64,000 bases of DNA from assembly GCA_046259385.1 (NCBI GenBank), contig JBJYWI010000006.1:25617-89616 (forward strand), in the 5' to 3' direction. Origin of the DNA: Anaerolineales bacterium. GTDB taxonomy: Bacteria > Chloroflexota > Anaerolineae > Anaerolineales > UBA4823. Below the pieces are notes generated by a model. The model was not told the origin of the DNA and ran no database searches. It saw only the letters and a program-made list of their open reading frames with translations. Of the stretch, positions 41,352 through 51,582 are shown piece by piece; position 1 is the stretch's first letter, and each line of letters begins with the position of its first letter. The translations under genes and the position numbers were made by a program.

Positions 41352-42410
41352 TTGTTTTTGCAGCCGGCCTTACCACAAGTATTAACTGCGCCGGAGGAAT
41401 ATTGGTTCCTGCGGCGTGTGTTATTAATCCATAAAACAGCTAAGACCATTTTGAACCGCCTCTCGCCCATTTTACTTTCTCTGTTTCTCCTCTCCTGCGC
41501 AGCAAACCCGATAGATCTCAGCCCAACGGGAGATAACCAAGCGCGTGTGACAGTTCAATCCCCGTCTCTACCTGCAAACACCGCGCCTGTAACGGCTGAT
41601 TCTACTGAAACACGCCTCCCGCCGAAAAGAACAAGCCCGGCAAAGGTCACCCGGGACGTCGTCTTGCCTAGTGCCACACTGCCCGCCAGCCAAAGCGTCT
41701 GCTCGCAGAAAAAAGGGACGATTGAAAACGGGATGGTCGAATCCGATCTGCTGGATTACGACCTGAAATTCAGGATCTACCTGCCCCCCTGCTACGCAAT
41801 GTCTCCCGAAACAGAATATCCAACCCTATACCTTTTTCACGGTCAGGGGTACCGCGACAGCCAGTGGGATGAACTCGGCGCAGATGAGATTGTTGATAAA
41901 TTGATCGCTTCAAATCAAGTGGCGCCATTTATCATGGTAATGCCTTACGAACAGCTGAATAACAGTTCGAAATCACACCCTTTCGACCGGGCGGTCATAG
42001 AAGAGTTGCTGCCATTTATCGAGCATAATTACCGCACAATTCGAGAGCGTGAAGGGCGGGCTGTTGGAGGTATTTCACACGGCGGGGGGTGGGCAATTGA
42101 ACTGGGGATTACACACTGGGAGGTTTTCGGAGCGCTGGGAGCCCACAGCCCGGCTGTGTTGAATAACAACCCGGTCTGGTTCGGTGCAAAGATTGAGTTG
42201 ATCCCAGCCAACCAAATCCCGCGCATATTCATTGATCTGGGCGATCGGGAACCGCCGGAAATTTCCGAATCGGCAAGGTGGTTTGGCGATCTTTTGGATG
42301 AAAAAGGCATGCCGCATGAGTGGCACCAATTCACAGGTGAACACAACCAGGAATACTGGCAGAATCACTTAGAGATTTATCTGCGCTGGTATGCCAGCTC
42401 CTGGCACTGA
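41352..42410 (+). CDS. Secreted esterase-family alpha/beta hydrolase (putative lipoprotein)
   Basis: Lipobox-like LFLLSC, YPTLYLFHGQG and the GGISHGGGWA nucleophile elbow. The start is uncertain. Confidence 0.7.
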   Translation: MFLQPALPQVLTAPEEYWFLRRVLLIHKTAKTILNRLSPILLSLFLLSCAANPIDLSPTGDNQARVTVQSPSLPANTAPVTADSTETRLPPKRTSPAKVTRDVVLPSATLPASQSVCSQKKGTIENGMVESDLLDYDLKFRIYLPPCYAMSPETEYPTLYLFHGQGYRDSQWDELGADEIVDKLIASNQVAPFIMVMPYEQLNNSSKSHPFDRAVIEELLPFIEHNYRTIREREGRAVGGISHGGGWAIELGITHWEVFGALGAHSPAVLNNNPVWFGAKIELIPANQIPRIFIDLGDREPPEISESARWFGDLLDEKGMPHEWHQFTGEHNQEYWQNHLEIYLRWYASSWH

Positions 42411-42446
42411 TGATCACCCGGAAGGGTTGGTGATATAATCGATTCC

Positions 42447-42734
42447 ATGAGTCTCACCCTTGAAGAGGTTGAATATATCGCTGAACTAGCACGCTTAAGC
42501 CTCAGACCCGAAGAGAAAGAGATTTACCGCGATCAGTTGTCAAAAATCCTGGACTATGCCTCCCGGCTGGGAAATCTGGATACGACCCTGGTTCCCGCCA
42601 CTTTCAGCGTTGTGCCATATCATACGGCGCTGCGTCCCGACCATTCAAGGCCGGGTATTGGAGAGAAAAAATTGCTGCTCAACGCTCCGCTTACGGAAGA
42701 AGGCCAGTTCAAGGTTCCCCCAATTTTAGATTGA
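42447..42734 (+). CDS. gatC: Glu/Asp-tRNA amidotransferase subunit C
   Basis: 95 aa. LTLEEVEYIAELARLSL.... Confidence 0.9.
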   Translation: MSLTLEEVEYIAELARLSLRPEEKEIYRDQLSKILDYASRLGNLDTTLVPATFSVVPYHTALRPDHSRPGIGEKKLLLNAPLTEEGQFKVPPILD

Positions 42735-42757
42735 TTCAATACAAATAACCACACTGC

Positions 42758-44251
42758 ATGCCTGATCTCAGCCAATTGACTCTCAAGCAAATAACCGGCG
42801 CGCTTAGAAAGGGAGATTACTCCAGCCGCGAGCTCGCCCAGGCATATCTTGACCGAATCGAACTTCTTGAACCGCAACTTAATGCCTTTATCAGTATCGA
42901 GCCAGAGAACGTGCTTGAACAGGCTGATAAGGCAGACCACCAGCTTGCTGCCTGGAGAAAAAATGCCGCAACTAACCTGCAACCTCTGCTTGGCGTACCG
43001 ATAGCGATAAAAGATGTTCTCTGTGTAAGCGGATTGCGCTGCACTGCCGGTTCACGAATACTCGAAAATTTCAAACCTGTTTACGACGCGACCGCGGCAG
43101 CGCGTTTAATCGCTGCGGGGGCTCTTGTACTCGGTAAAACAAACACCGATGAATTCGCAATGGGGTCTTCAACTGAGAATTCAGCTTACGGCGTCACACG
43201 TAATCCCTGGGACCCAAACCGCGTCCCCGGCGGCTCCAGCGGGGGCAGCGCTGCCGCAGTTGCCGCGAATATGGCTCCCGTCGCGCTAGGCACCGATACC
43301 GGCGGCAGTGTTCGCCTACCGGCATCATACTGCGGAGTCACCGGAATCAAACCCACTTACGGGCGAGTCTCCCGGTATGGATTAATCGCATTTGGCTCAT
43401 CCCTGGATGTGGTTGGTGTGCTGGGGCAGGATGTTGAGGATGTATCCTGGATATTTAACCTGATTGCGGGTCATGACCCTCTGGATTCCACATCCGTTGA
43501 TACCCCAGTCCCGCAATTCTCTTTCAAACAGCCCCCAGAAACCATTCTTAATTCGCTCCGGATCGGCGTTCCGCAGGAATACTTTATCTCTGGTATGCAG
43601 CTGGAGGTAGAAGCACGAGTAAAAGAGGCGATTAATATTATGCAAGATCACGGCGCTCTTATTGAGACGATCAGTTTGCCTCACACCGAGTACTCAGTGC
43701 CTGTGTACTACCTGATCGCGCCAGCAGAAGCCTCAGCAAACCTAGCCCGTTATGACGGAATCCGCTACGGGCCGCGTGTAGATGCGGATTCAATTCAGGC
43801 AATCAACAGCCAAACACGCGGCGAAAAATTCGGCCCGGAAGTCAAGCGGAGGATTATGCTCGGCACTTACGCCCTCTCCGCAGGTTATTACGATGCCTAT
43901 TATGGCCAGGCCCAGAAGGTTCGTACATTAATCAAAAACGATTTCGAGCGCGCATTCGAAAAGGTAGATATTATCGCCGCGCCTGTCGCCCCTTCGACCG
44001 CGTTCAAGATCGGCGAGCATTCCGATGACCCATTGTCTATGTACCTGGAGGATATATTCACGATACCAGCCAACCTAGCAGGTATTCCAGGCCTGACAAT
44101 CCCTGCGGGTCTTGACCAGTCCCGCCTGCCGGTCGGGATTCAGTTAATGGGAGCGCCATTCAATGAAGACCTGCTATTTAAAGTTGGGAACGCCTTCCAA
44201 GCTATCACCCAGCACCATCTGGAGAAACCCATTGAAAAAACAACGAGGTAA
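42758..44251 (+). CDS. gatA: Glu/Asp-tRNA amidotransferase subunit A
   Basis: Amidase signature [12 protein letters not shown], 497 aa. Confidence 0.95.
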   Translation: MPDLSQLTLKQITGALRKGDYSSRELAQAYLDRIELLEPQLNAFISIEPENVLEQADKADHQLAAWRKNAATNLQPLLGVPIAIKDVLCVSGLRCTAGSRILENFKPVYDATAAARLIAAGALVLGKTNTDEFAMGSSTENSAYGVTRNPWDPNRVPGGSSGGSAAAVAANMAPVALGTDTGGSVRLPASYCGVTGIKPTYGRVSRYGLIAFGSSLDVVGVLGQDVEDVSWIFNLIAGHDPLDSTSVDTPVPQFSFKQPPETILNSLRIGVPQEYFISGMQLEVEARVKEAINIMQDHGALIETISLPHTEYSVPVYYLIAPAEASANLARYDGIRYGPRVDADSIQAINSQTRGEKFGPEVKRRIMLGTYALSAGYYDAYYGQAQKVRTLIKNDFERAFEKVDIIAAPVAPSTAFKIGEHSDDPLSMYLEDIFTIPANLAGIPGLTIPAGLDQSRLPVGIQLMGAPFNEDLLFKVGNAFQAITQHHLEKPIEKTTR

Positions 44252-44254
44252 ATA

Positions 44255-45967
44255 ATGATCACTTCACTGCCGGACAACGCGCTTGAAACGCTCAATTGGG
44301 AATGGATCCGCTTCGCCCCTTATTACCAGGAGCTGTCTGACTGTCCATTAAATCCCGAAATCCTGCCGGAATGGTTAGCTGACTGGTCCCGTGTGAGCGA
44401 AATCGTTCGGGAAACAGCCAACCGTTTATATATCGCCACAACCGTTGACACAAACGATCAGAATGCTGAAGAAATGTATAACTTCTTCCTGGATGAGATC
44501 TACCCGCAGGCTGAAAGCGCAGAACAGCGGTTAAGACAAAAACTGCTGGAAAGCGGTCTCAAACCCAGCGGTTTCGGACTTCAACTTCGTAACATGCAGG
44601 CGGAGGCGGATATCTACCGCGAGGAAAATTTGCCGCTGCTGTCCCAGGAATTTAAACTTTCAACAGAGTACGATAAAATCATCGGCGCCCAGACGATTAC
44701 CTGGGAGGAAGAGGAAATCACCCTGCCTCAACTGCAGCGGGTTTTCCAGGATCCCAATCGGGAAAAACGGGAAAAAGCCTGGAGATTGGCGGCTCAACGC
44801 CAGCTTGAGGATCGTTCGGCAATCGATGAGCTTTGGGTTCGCTTTTTAAATCTGCGCCAGAAGATCTTCCAAAACGCCAATTTTCCTGATTTTCGCGCTT
44901 ACCGCTGGGTAAACCTGCTGCGGTTCGACTATACGCCTGAAAACTGCCTGCAGTTTCACGATTCTATTGAAAAAGTGGTCGTTCCTGCAGCGGTACGTCT
45001 GTATGAGAAACGCCGGAAAAACCTAAACCTAGGTACGCTGCGACCCTGGGATTTGAACATTGACCCATACAACAAACCGCCGCTGAGGCCTTTCAGCAAT
45101 GTGGATGAACTGGTGAATACTACCCAGCGGATATTCAACCGGGTCGACCCCGAGCTGGGCGCATATTTCGCAATCATGCGCAGTGAGGGCTTGCTTGACT
45201 TGGAAAACCGCAAAGGGAAAGCGCCGGGCGGTTACTGCGAATCCCTGCCAGCCGTCAAACGCCCCTTCATCTTTATGAACGCTGTCGGCATCCACGACGA
45301 TGTCCAGACAATGATTCACGAAGGCGGGCATGCTTTTCACGTGTTCGATACCGTTCACCTGCCATACCTTCAGCAGCGTGATATCGGGATGGAGATCGCA
45401 GAAGTTGCTTCAATGGGTATGGAACTGCTGGCAGCTCCCTATCTCTCCAGGGAAACAGGCGGGTTCTACCCTCCTCAGGATGCAGCCCGCGCCCGTATTG
45501 AACACCTCAGCGACGCGCTCTTTTTCTGGCCTTATATGGCGGTAGTCGACGCCTTCCAGCACTGGGTTTACCTCAACCATAGAACCGCTCTAGATCCTGC
45601 TGAATGCGACCGCAAATGGAGCGAACTCTGGGGCAGATTCATGCCTGGTGTGGATTGGAGTGGCCTAGATGATGAAATGGAGACCGGGTGGCAGCGAAAA
45701 CTGCACATCCATCAGGTCCCGTTTTACTATGTAGAATACGGACTTGCCCAGCTTGGCGCTTTTCAGATATGGGGCAACGCTATCCATAACCAGGCTCAGG
45801 CAGTCGCCGATTACCGCCATATGCTATCTCTTGGCGCCACAGCTACGCTCCCAGAACTATTTAATGCAGCTGGCGCCAAATTCGCCTTCGATGAATCAAC
45901 CCTCCAATCTGCGGTTGACCTCGCCGAAAGTACAATCACTGATTTAGAAGAACTGGTTAAGGGATAA
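44255..45967 (+). CDS. pepF: M3-family oligoendopeptidase F-like
   Basis: HEGGHAFH zinc motif, 570 aa. Confidence 0.85.
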   Translation: MITSLPDNALETLNWEWIRFAPYYQELSDCPLNPEILPEWLADWSRVSEIVRETANRLYIATTVDTNDQNAEEMYNFFLDEIYPQAESAEQRLRQKLLESGLKPSGFGLQLRNMQAEADIYREENLPLLSQEFKLSTEYDKIIGAQTITWEEEEITLPQLQRVFQDPNREKREKAWRLAAQRQLEDRSAIDELWVRFLNLRQKIFQNANFPDFRAYRWVNLLRFDYTPENCLQFHDSIEKVVVPAAVRLYEKRRKNLNLGTLRPWDLNIDPYNKPPLRPFSNVDELVNTTQRIFNRVDPELGAYFAIMRSEGLLDLENRKGKAPGGYCESLPAVKRPFIFMNAVGIHDDVQTMIHEGGHAFHVFDTVHLPYLQQRDIGMEIAEVASMGMELLAAPYLSRETGGFYPPQDAARARIEHLSDALFFWPYMAVVDAFQHWVYLNHRTALDPAECDRKWSELWGRFMPGVDWSGLDDEMETGWQRKLHIHQVPFYYVEYGLAQLGAFQIWGNAIHNQAQAVADYRHMLSLGATATLPELFNAAGAKFAFDESTLQSAVDLAESTITDLEELVKG

Positions 45968-45972
45968 TAATT

Positions 45973-46953
45973 ATGGAATACATAAATCTGGGACGGTCGG
46001 GATTAAAAGTATCGCGCATCTGCCTGGGTACAATGACCTACGGCACATCCACTTGGCGCGAATGGGTGTTGGAAGAGAACCAAAGCCGACCCTTCTATAA
46101 ACGCGCTCTTGAAATGGGAATTAACTTCTTCGATACCGCGGATGCATATTCACTCGGTGTCAGCGAGGAGATCACCGGGCGTGCCCTGCGTGATTTCGCC
46201 CGCCGTGATGAGGTTGTTTTAGCCACAAAACTATACTGGCCCATGGGTGATGGTCCCAACCAGCGCGGGCTTTCTAGACTGCATATCATGCACTCCGTTG
46301 AAAATTCGCTCCGCAGACTCGGAACGGATTACATCGATCTTTACCAGATACACCGCTGGGATTACGAAACCCCGATTGAGGAAACCCTTGATGCATTAAA
46401 TGACCTGATTAAAACTGGAAAAGTTCGGTATATCGGAGCATCCAGCATGTATGCATGGCAGTTTGCGAAATCGTTATATCTTGCCGATCAATACGGCTGG
46501 AGTCGGTTCATTTCAATGCAGGATCACTACAATCTGGTTTACCGCGAGGAAGAACGCGAGATGATCCCTCTCTGCATTGCAGAAGGGGTGGGTTTGATCC
46601 CATGGAGTCCGATGGCGCGCGGTTTTTTAGCCGGCAAATGGCCCCGCAACCAGGAAGGGCTGACAACCAGAGCCCGAACAGATGCTTTCGGTCAAAGCCT
46701 CTATACACGCGATAATGACTATGAGGTATTGGAACGGGTGATGGCTCTAGCAAATCGGCTCGGCGTTAAACCAGCTCAAATCGCTCTAGCCTGGCTTTTT
46801 CACAAACCTGGCATTACCGCTCCCATCATCGGCGCAAGTAAGCCGAATCACCTGGATGAGGCAGTGAGTGCCATGTCGGTTGAGCTTACCGATGATGACC
46901 TATCTTACCTAGAAGAGCCTTACCTCCCGCATCCAATACTGGGACATCAATAA
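45973..46953 (+). CDS. Aldo/keto reductase
   Basis: LGRSGLKVSRICLGTMTYG, INFFDTADAY, 326 aa. Confidence 0.9.
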   Translation: MEYINLGRSGLKVSRICLGTMTYGTSTWREWVLEENQSRPFYKRALEMGINFFDTADAYSLGVSEEITGRALRDFARRDEVVLATKLYWPMGDGPNQRGLSRLHIMHSVENSLRRLGTDYIDLYQIHRWDYETPIEETLDALNDLIKTGKVRYIGASSMYAWQFAKSLYLADQYGWSRFISMQDHYNLVYREEEREMIPLCIAEGVGLIPWSPMARGFLAGKWPRNQEGLTTRARTDAFGQSLYTRDNDYEVLERVMALANRLGVKPAQIALAWLFHKPGITAPIIGASKPNHLDEAVSAMSVELTDDDLSYLEEPYLPHPILGHQ

Positions 46954-47082
46954 AATTACGTTTTTCTCAAGCCAATTTTCAAAATCCAGACATCAGGCAG
47001 GTGCCTGTTGAATCTTCTGCCATCCAAAAGGTTATAATTGCCTTGCTTATTTTAGCATCCGCGTTTAAAGGAAAACCGTCAA

Positions 47083-48096
47083 ATGAAAGACAAAACATTA
47101 AAAGTAGTGATTCCCATGGCAGGACTGGGCACCCGTTTGCGTCCGCATACCTGGAGCAAGCCAAAACAGCTGGTCAGCGTTGCCGGCAAGACCGTCCTTA
47201 ATCATCTGATTGATAGCCTGGCGACTTACCCGGATTTTAAAGAAATTGAACTGATCAATATTGTTGGATATCTATCCGATCAAATAGAGGACTGCATCGA
47301 AACATCCTACCCGGATTTACGTTCGAGATTTGTGCTCCAGGATAATCCACGTGGGCAGTCTCACGCGATTCATCTGGCAAAGGAATTCATTTCCGGTCCG
47401 ACCCTGGTAGTGTTTGCGGATACGCTTATCGAAACCGACCTCTCATTCCTGGATAACGAAAAATCCGGGGCGATTGTTTGGGTAAAGGAGGTACCTGACC
47501 CGCGCCGATTCGGAGTCGTAAGGTTAAATGATAACGGTCTGGTAACTCGCCTGATAGAGAAACCAGACTCGATCGAGGATAATCTAGTTGTGGTCGGCTT
47601 TTATTTCTTCAGAGAAGGAGGAGAATTAATCGCCGCAATTGAAGAACAGATGAAAAGGGACGTCCAGCTAAAGGGTGAATTTTTTCTCGCGGATGCAATC
47701 AATATCATGTTAGAACGCGGGTTAGAAATGCGACCCGAAACAGTTGATGTTTGGCTGGACGCAGGAACTCCGCAGACATTGCTGGAAACCAACCGCTATT
47801 TGCTTGAGAACGGGTGTGACAACACCACCGAAGCCTCCAGGCGGGCTGAGTTCCAAGTTGTCCCACCGGTTTTTGTGCACCCCTCCGCGCGAATTCAAAA
47901 CGCAGTAGTGGGACCGTTTGTGTCAATCGGCGCAGAATGCCAGATTCAGGACTGTGTGATAAAAAATTCGATCTTTGAAGAACAATCTCGCGCCGACGGC
48001 GTGATCCTAGAGGGTTCCCTGATTGGCCGTAACGCCCAGCTCGAGGGGCGATGGAAGGTCATCAACGCCGGCGATGACACCGTACTTACAGTTTGA
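47083..48096 (+). CDS. Sugar-phosphate nucleotidyltransferase with a C-terminal left-handed beta-helix
   Basis: VIPMAGLGTRLRPHTWSKPKQLV (GxGTRLxPxT). Confidence 0.8.
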   Translation: MKDKTLKVVIPMAGLGTRLRPHTWSKPKQLVSVAGKTVLNHLIDSLATYPDFKEIELINIVGYLSDQIEDCIETSYPDLRSRFVLQDNPRGQSHAIHLAKEFISGPTLVVFADTLIETDLSFLDNEKSGAIVWVKEVPDPRRFGVVRLNDNGLVTRLIEKPDSIEDNLVVVGFYFFREGGELIAAIEEQMKRDVQLKGEFFLADAINIMLERGLEMRPETVDVWLDAGTPQTLLETNRYLLENGCDNTTEASRRAEFQVVPPVFVHPSARIQNAVVGPFVSIGAECQIQDCVIKNSIFEEQSRADGVILEGSLIGRNAQLEGRWKVINAGDDTVLTV

Positions 48097-48350
48097 TTCA
48101 TGATTGCAGGCGGATTAGGGATTGTATGGATATACAAGCCGATGAAAAGGTTTTCTGCTATTCCGGAAATGAATATCCGGACCGTCCGGTATCTATCCTG
48201 CTGGACGGAAACCGCTTTGAAATTTCCAGGATAATCGCCCGCTGGCGCACCCCAGAAGGCAGGTTTTTCCGGGTGGTTGCAGCAGATGACCGCGTATTCG
48301 ATTTGCATTATTTTGAAGCTGGCGACGCCTGGAAAATCGAACAGCGTTAA
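48093..48350 (+). CDS. Hypothetical small protein
   Basis: ORF overlaps the upstream stop (ATGA-type junction). No family recognised. Confidence 0.4.
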   Translation: MIHDCRRIRDCMDIQADEKVFCYSGNEYPDRPVSILLDGNRFEISRIIARWRTPEGRFFRVVAADDRVFDLHYFEAGDAWKIEQR

Positions 48351-48412
48351 CCGTTTCTTTCCTCCCGGAACAAAGTTCTTTTTAATGTAATGAAAAATTG
48401 CTTTTGTAAGAA

Positions 48413-49882
48413 ATGAAATACAAAACTGAATTCGAGGCTGTAATTGGATTGGAAATACATGCAGAACTGGAAACGGTTTCAAAAATGTTCTGCGCCTGCC
48501 CGGTAGTCGACCTGACCACCGCCAAACCGAATTCGGCTGTCTGCCCGGTTTGTTCAGGGATGCCGGGTGTGCTTCCGGTGATCAACCAGCGCGCGGTTGA
48601 ATACGCCCTGCGAGTGGCTCTGGCGTTAAACTGCAAAATACACACTGTGAGCATTTTTGCCCGCAAGAATTATTTCTACCCCGATCTCCCGAAAGGCTAC
48701 CAGATTTCACAGTACGAACAACCTCTTGCAACAAACGGTTCGCTCGTGATCCTAGCTGAAAACAACCAGAAGGAGATCCGCATCCGGCGCGTACATTTGG
48801 AAGAAGACACCGGCAAATTGACCCACGTGGATGCTAATGGGAATGGTTATTCGCTGATTGACCTCAACCGGGCAGGGGTTCCGCTCCTGGAGATCGTCTC
48901 TGAACCGGATCTGAACTCTGGCGCCGAGGTCCGCCTGTATGCCTCCGCGCTGCGCTCGATCCTCCGCTACTTGGAGGTTAATTCGGGCGACATGCAAAAA
49001 GGAGTGCTGAGGATTGAGCCTAACGTCTCCGTCCGCCCTAAAGGCAGTTCTGAATTTTTGACTCGCACCGAGATAAAAAACCTGAACAGTTTTCGGGCTT
49101 TGGAAGAGGCGGTGAGTTACGAGATCGAGCGCCAGATTAATCTTCACATCCAGGGAAAACCCGTGATACAGCAAACCCTCGGTTGGGATGAAAAAGCTGC
49201 CAGAACCATTCCACAGCGCAGTAAAGAAGAAGCTCACGATTACCGCTATTTTCCGGAGCCTGACCTGCCCCCGCTTGAGATCCAGCCGGGCTGGATTGAA
49301 TCAATCCGGACAGGTTTGCCCGAACTGCCGCACACGAGGCTGAGGCGTTTTGAAGAGCAATACGGTCTGAACCTTACCGATGCTGCAGTTCTGACTGCCG
49401 AGCGACCCGTCGCCGACTACTTTGAATCGGCTGCAGCCTCCGGGGAGGAAATCCCCCCGAAAATAATCGCAAACTGGATCAGCGGGCAGATCTTCGCTTA
49501 TATGAACGAGACCGGTACGGAGATTAACAGATTAAGAACCCCGCCTGAGATGCTCGTTGAATTGCTTAAGATATTGCAGGAAGGTACCATTAACCAGAAC
49601 ACCGCCAAAGCTGTCCTGCTCGAGATGATGGAGACCGGTCATGCAGCCGGGGAGATCATCGAAAAGCGCGGTCTGCGTCAGATCTCGGATTCCAAAAAGA
49701 TTGCAGATCTGGTCAGTGAGGTTCTTGCCGAAAATCCCGCCCAGGTTAACGAGTACCTGGAAGGGAAGACCGGGCTTTTCGGCTGGTTTTTAGGACAGGT
49801 GATGCGCCAGACCGGAGGCAAAGCCAACCCCCGGATCGTGAAGTCCGAATTGGAAAAGCAGCTGGCCGAATTCGATAATTAA
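48413..49882 (+). CDS. gatB: Glu/Asp-tRNA amidotransferase subunit B
   Basis: [12 protein letters not shown]..., HLEEDTGK, 489 aa. Confidence 0.95.
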   Translation: MKYKTEFEAVIGLEIHAELETVSKMFCACPVVDLTTAKPNSAVCPVCSGMPGVLPVINQRAVEYALRVALALNCKIHTVSIFARKNYFYPDLPKGYQISQYEQPLATNGSLVILAENNQKEIRIRRVHLEEDTGKLTHVDANGNGYSLIDLNRAGVPLLEIVSEPDLNSGAEVRLYASALRSILRYLEVNSGDMQKGVLRIEPNVSVRPKGSSEFLTRTEIKNLNSFRALEEAVSYEIERQINLHIQGKPVIQQTLGWDEKAARTIPQRSKEEAHDYRYFPEPDLPPLEIQPGWIESIRTGLPELPHTRLRRFEEQYGLNLTDAAVLTAERPVADYFESAAASGEEIPPKIIANWISGQIFAYMNETGTEINRLRTPPEMLVELLKILQEGTINQNTAKAVLLEMMETGHAAGEIIEKRGLRQISDSKKIADLVSEVLAENPAQVNEYLEGKTGLFGWFLGQVMRQTGGKANPRIVKSELEKQLAEFDN

Positions 49883-49974
49883 TCCTTCCTAAACGTTCCG
49901 CCTCCGGCTTTAACGCCCGCCAAACCAACCTAAGCCTGAACAAAAGTTATAAAACTGATTGTTGCATTTGTCAC

Positions 49975-50003
49975 TTGACGCTCCAATCGAGTTCTGTTAA
50001 ATT
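49975..50003 (+). promoter_or_regulatory. Sigma-70-like promoter candidate
   Basis: TTGACG (49975-49980), 17-nt spacer, TAAATT (49998-50003). Confidence 0.4.
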
Positions 50004-50115
50004 ATGATCATATCCACCTTTTCGGAAGCGGATAAAGTATGGGAAGATTTTCGTCCCTCAAGGGCGAGTTGCCATCCCTCAAGGACGCTTTACTGTCCAT
50101 AAAAGAAGGTATTTC

Positions 50116-50151
50116 AAGCGGACATTCCTCCGGTATGTCCGCTTATTTTTT
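50116..50151 (+). terminator. Rho-independent terminator inside the 5' region of the first GDH paralog
   Basis: 10-bp stem AAGCGGACAT(50116-50125)/ATGTCCGCTT(50135-50144), 9-nt loop, then ATTTTTT. Confidence 0.7.
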
Positions 50152-50192
50152 ACGCATGGTTATCCAAGACAGCGCAATCCACTAAGATTAAC

Positions 50193-51488
50193 ATGACTGA
50201 TCCAATCAACGCCTTCACACTCGCCCAGGCCCAATTCGACCACATGGCTGAACTCCTCAATCTTGAGAGCTATGTCGCCGAAATGCTGCGCTTCCCAAGA
50301 CGTGAATATAAATTCCAGATTCCGGTGCGGATGAACAACGGTACGCTGAATATATATTACGGTTTTCGAGTCCAGCACAACGATGCCCGCGGCCCAGCTA
50401 AAGGTGGGATACGCTTTCATCCTTCAGAAACCCTGGATACGATCCGGGCTCTGGCAATGTGGATGACCTGGAAAACAGCAGTCGTTGATATTCCTCTGGG
50501 AGGCGCGAAGGGAGGAGTGGCTGTTGACCCCGCCGTGCTGGCGGATTCAGAAAAAGAACGCCTGTGCAGGGGTTGGATCGCAGAATTCTGGCGGGCGATT
50601 GGACCCCGACAGGATATCCCAGCCCCGGACGTGGGCACCACCCCCCAGATGATGGGCTGGATGATGGATGAATATTCAAAGATGGCGGGAGAATACACCC
50701 CTGGCGCGATCACCGGAAAACCGGTTGGTGGAGGCGGCACACTCGGCAGAATGGAGGCGACCGGATTCGGGGTCATTTACACCCTCAGGGAAGCGATCAA
50801 GCACCTCAATCTGGATCCCTCCAGGTGCAACGTATCCATCCAAGGCTTTGGAAATGTAGCCCAGCATGCCGCCATCGGTTTCACCGAATTTCTGGGCGGT
50901 ACAGTTGAATGCGTTTCCTTTTGGGACCGCCGCGATTTTACCTCCTACACTATCAGCCATCCGGACGGTGTCAAGCCTAACGAGCTTATTTCAATAACAG
51001 ATCCATATGGTTCCATAGACAAGAACCAGGCTCATGGAAAGGGTTATATAATCGAGGAAGGCAGCGCATGGATCCAGAAAGATGTGGATATTCTGATGCC
51101 GTGCGCCCTTGAGGGACAGATCAACTCGGATAACGTTGACACCATCAGTGACCGTGTCAAAATTGTCGCGGAAGGCGCAAACGGCCCAACTACGCTCGAA
51201 GCTGACCGTTTATTCGAAGACCGCAAGATCTTTCTTATTCCGGACACATTATGTAATGCGGGAGGGGTGACTGTATCCTATTTTGAAGGAGTGCAAAATG
51301 ACATGAATTATTACTGGTCGCGCGAAGAAGTAATCGACCGTTTGAATGATAAACTGACCCGGGCTTTTTCTGACGTACTCAAAGTCGCGGAGGGAGAAAA
51401 AATCTATATGCGAGATGCTGCCTATATTGTCGCAATCGACCGTGTGGTAAAAGCCATGAAAGAACGCGGCTGGCTATACGTACCGTAA
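50193..51488 (+). CDS. Glu/Leu/Phe/Val dehydrogenase family protein (divergent GDH paralog)
   Basis: RVQHNDARGPAKGGIRFHP, GGAKGG, 431 aa. No Shine-Dalgarno sequence is visible upstream. Confidence 0.85.
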   Translation: MTDPINAFTLAQAQFDHMAELLNLESYVAEMLRFPRREYKFQIPVRMNNGTLNIYYGFRVQHNDARGPAKGGIRFHPSETLDTIRALAMWMTWKTAVVDIPLGGAKGGVAVDPAVLADSEKERLCRGWIAEFWRAIGPRQDIPAPDVGTTPQMMGWMMDEYSKMAGEYTPGAITGKPVGGGGTLGRMEATGFGVIYTLREAIKHLNLDPSRCNVSIQGFGNVAQHAAIGFTEFLGGTVECVSFWDRRDFTSYTISHPDGVKPNELISITDPYGSIDKNQAHGKGYIIEEGSAWIQKDVDILMPCALEGQINSDNVDTISDRVKIVAEGANGPTTLEADRLFEDRKIFLIPDTLCNAGGVTVSYFEGVQNDMNYYWSREEVIDRLNDKLTRAFSDVLKVAEGEKIYMRDAAYIVAIDRVVKAMKERGWLYVP

Positions 51489-51582
51489 TCAGATGAATTT
51501 GAATTTAGGAAAACTTGTATTTGCAGCTGAAAAATATATCAATTTCAACCAACCTAATCCACATTAAAAAGGAGATCAATCA

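Noticed and set aside
50004-50099. 31-codon ORF (MIISTFSEADKVWEDFRPSRASCHPSRTLYCP) in the GDH leader, considered as a leader peptide
   Set aside because: It has no SD, its start overlaps the putative -10 region, and it has no run of regulatory codons. It is kept only as a note inside the leader finding.
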